Positions 63,251 to 64,000 of a stretch of DNA of 64,000 bases are shown here, one piece after another. The notes under the pieces were generated by a model that was not told where the DNA came from, made no database searches, and was given only the letters and a program-made list of their open reading frames with translations. Both the position numbers and the translations under genes were made by a program. Position 1 is the first letter of the stretch. Every line of letters begins with the position of its first letter. Origin of the DNA: Salinispira sp. (lineage in GTDB: Bacteria; Spirochaetota; Spirochaetia; DSM-27196; Salinispiraceae); assembly GCA_965226555.1 (NCBI GenBank), contig CBDDDG010000021.1, forward strand, positions 32,001 through 96,000, read 5' to 3'.

Positions 63251-63328
63251 GAAATTTTTGCATAAAACAAAAGTTTCCAATAAGGATTCTCTCAAGGTAT
63301 AGAAAGTTTTGCCGCAGGCAAAACTTTG
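63251..63328. mobile_element. Composite MITE copy with 5-bp TSD TTACA
   Basis: TTACA|GAAATTTTTGC...GCAAAACTTTG|TTACA; paralogous leaders at 56703 and 61135 lack it. Confidence 0.8.
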
Positions 63329-63409
63329 TTACAGAATGCTATATAAAAGTCCTGCAAAATGCAAGACCTATAATGCGCGGAAGATGACCAACAGGCGGGA
63401 TGAGTGGAT

Positions 63410-64000
63410 TCATGCCGCAACCAAGTTCTCCGCCAGCTCCAACACATCCACCGGCCACAGGCATTCCGGGCGCGGATGGCGTACTCGCGGATGTCCGTCC
63501 GCCGGACGGCAGTTCTGTAGGGATTTGAGCCACTGGGCAGGAATAGCTTCCCTGCCGAATACAGCCCCTAACAGCGATCCGCAAATAGCCGCGTTGGTAT
63601 CGGTGTCGCCTCCGCGCATAATGGTGTCGACAACACCGTCCTCAAGCCCCGGAGCATGAAGGAGCTGATACAGGGCATTCTGAAAAGCGATCAATACCCA
63701 GCCCTGTTGGCGCAGATAGTCCGCTGGGGGTTCTTCGGCGGCTTTGTTAATGCTATGCAGCAGAGCGGGTTCGGCGGGCATATCGACTGCCCACTGCCGG
63801 ATGCGCTGGTAGAGCTTCCCGCGGCCGCATTCGAATTGAATAGCCTGAGCAATTGCCATGGCAAACAGCGCGTTTGCCTGCCGACAGATAGGGTTGGGAT
63901 GAGTAATCGCCGCATCCTGCATGGCCCATTCAGCCACCCGATTCGGGTCAATTCCGGCTCCGAAAATTCCGAGCGGGCTAATCCGCATGAGCGCTCCATT
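63410..64000 (-). CDS. ADP-ribosylglycohydrolase family protein, 3' part (starts beyond window)
   Basis: NGALMRISP, AITH, GGDTDTNAAICGSLLGA. Confidence 0.9.
   Translation of the reverse strand, partial: NGALMRISPLGIFGAGIDPNRVAEWAMQDAAITHPNPICRQANALFAMAIAQAIQFECGRGKLYQRIRQWAVDMPAEPALLHSINKAAEEPPADYLRQQGWVLIAFQNALYQLLHAPGLEDGVVDTIMRGGDTDTNAAICGSLLGAVFGREAIPAQWLKSLQNCRPADGHPRVRHPRPECLWPVDVLELAENLVAA

Overview
Spirochaete-type chromosomal segment. The gene orders secY-rpmJ-rpsM-rpsK-rpoA-rplQ (no rpsD) and tRNA-Gln-rplY-pth-tilS-ftsH match known spirochaetes; a Na+-PPase-type pump and FN3/BspA surface lipoproteins suggest a marine, possibly host-associated lifestyle (inference). About 1-37 kb is mostly housekeeping (ftsH, lepA, mfd, acnA, ECF transporter, RpoS-like sigma factor, PPase) with a small HNH+MTase cassette behind mfd. 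37.6-45.5 kb is a type I R-M locus interleaved with two Panacea (DUF4065) antitoxin cassettes. 49-55 kb is an AT-rich defence-like island (GmrSD, NYN, TM/Zn-ribbon protein, 876-aa membrane protein). 55-63 kb is an array of four repeat-rich surface lipoprotein genes. Main observations: (1) the 876-aa membrane protein ends in what reads as an HK97 capsid/encapsulin fold; (2) an unannotated modular MITE family occurs at least 11 times, four copies with clean 5-bp target-site duplications, and one copy disrupts a putative Panacea toxin gene at a site where a gene between hsdS and hsdM (possibly PrrC-like) appears deleted; (3) a G8 tract frameshifts a lipoprotein signal peptide (phase-variation candidate). 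All assignments are by-eye motif recognition; no searches were run.
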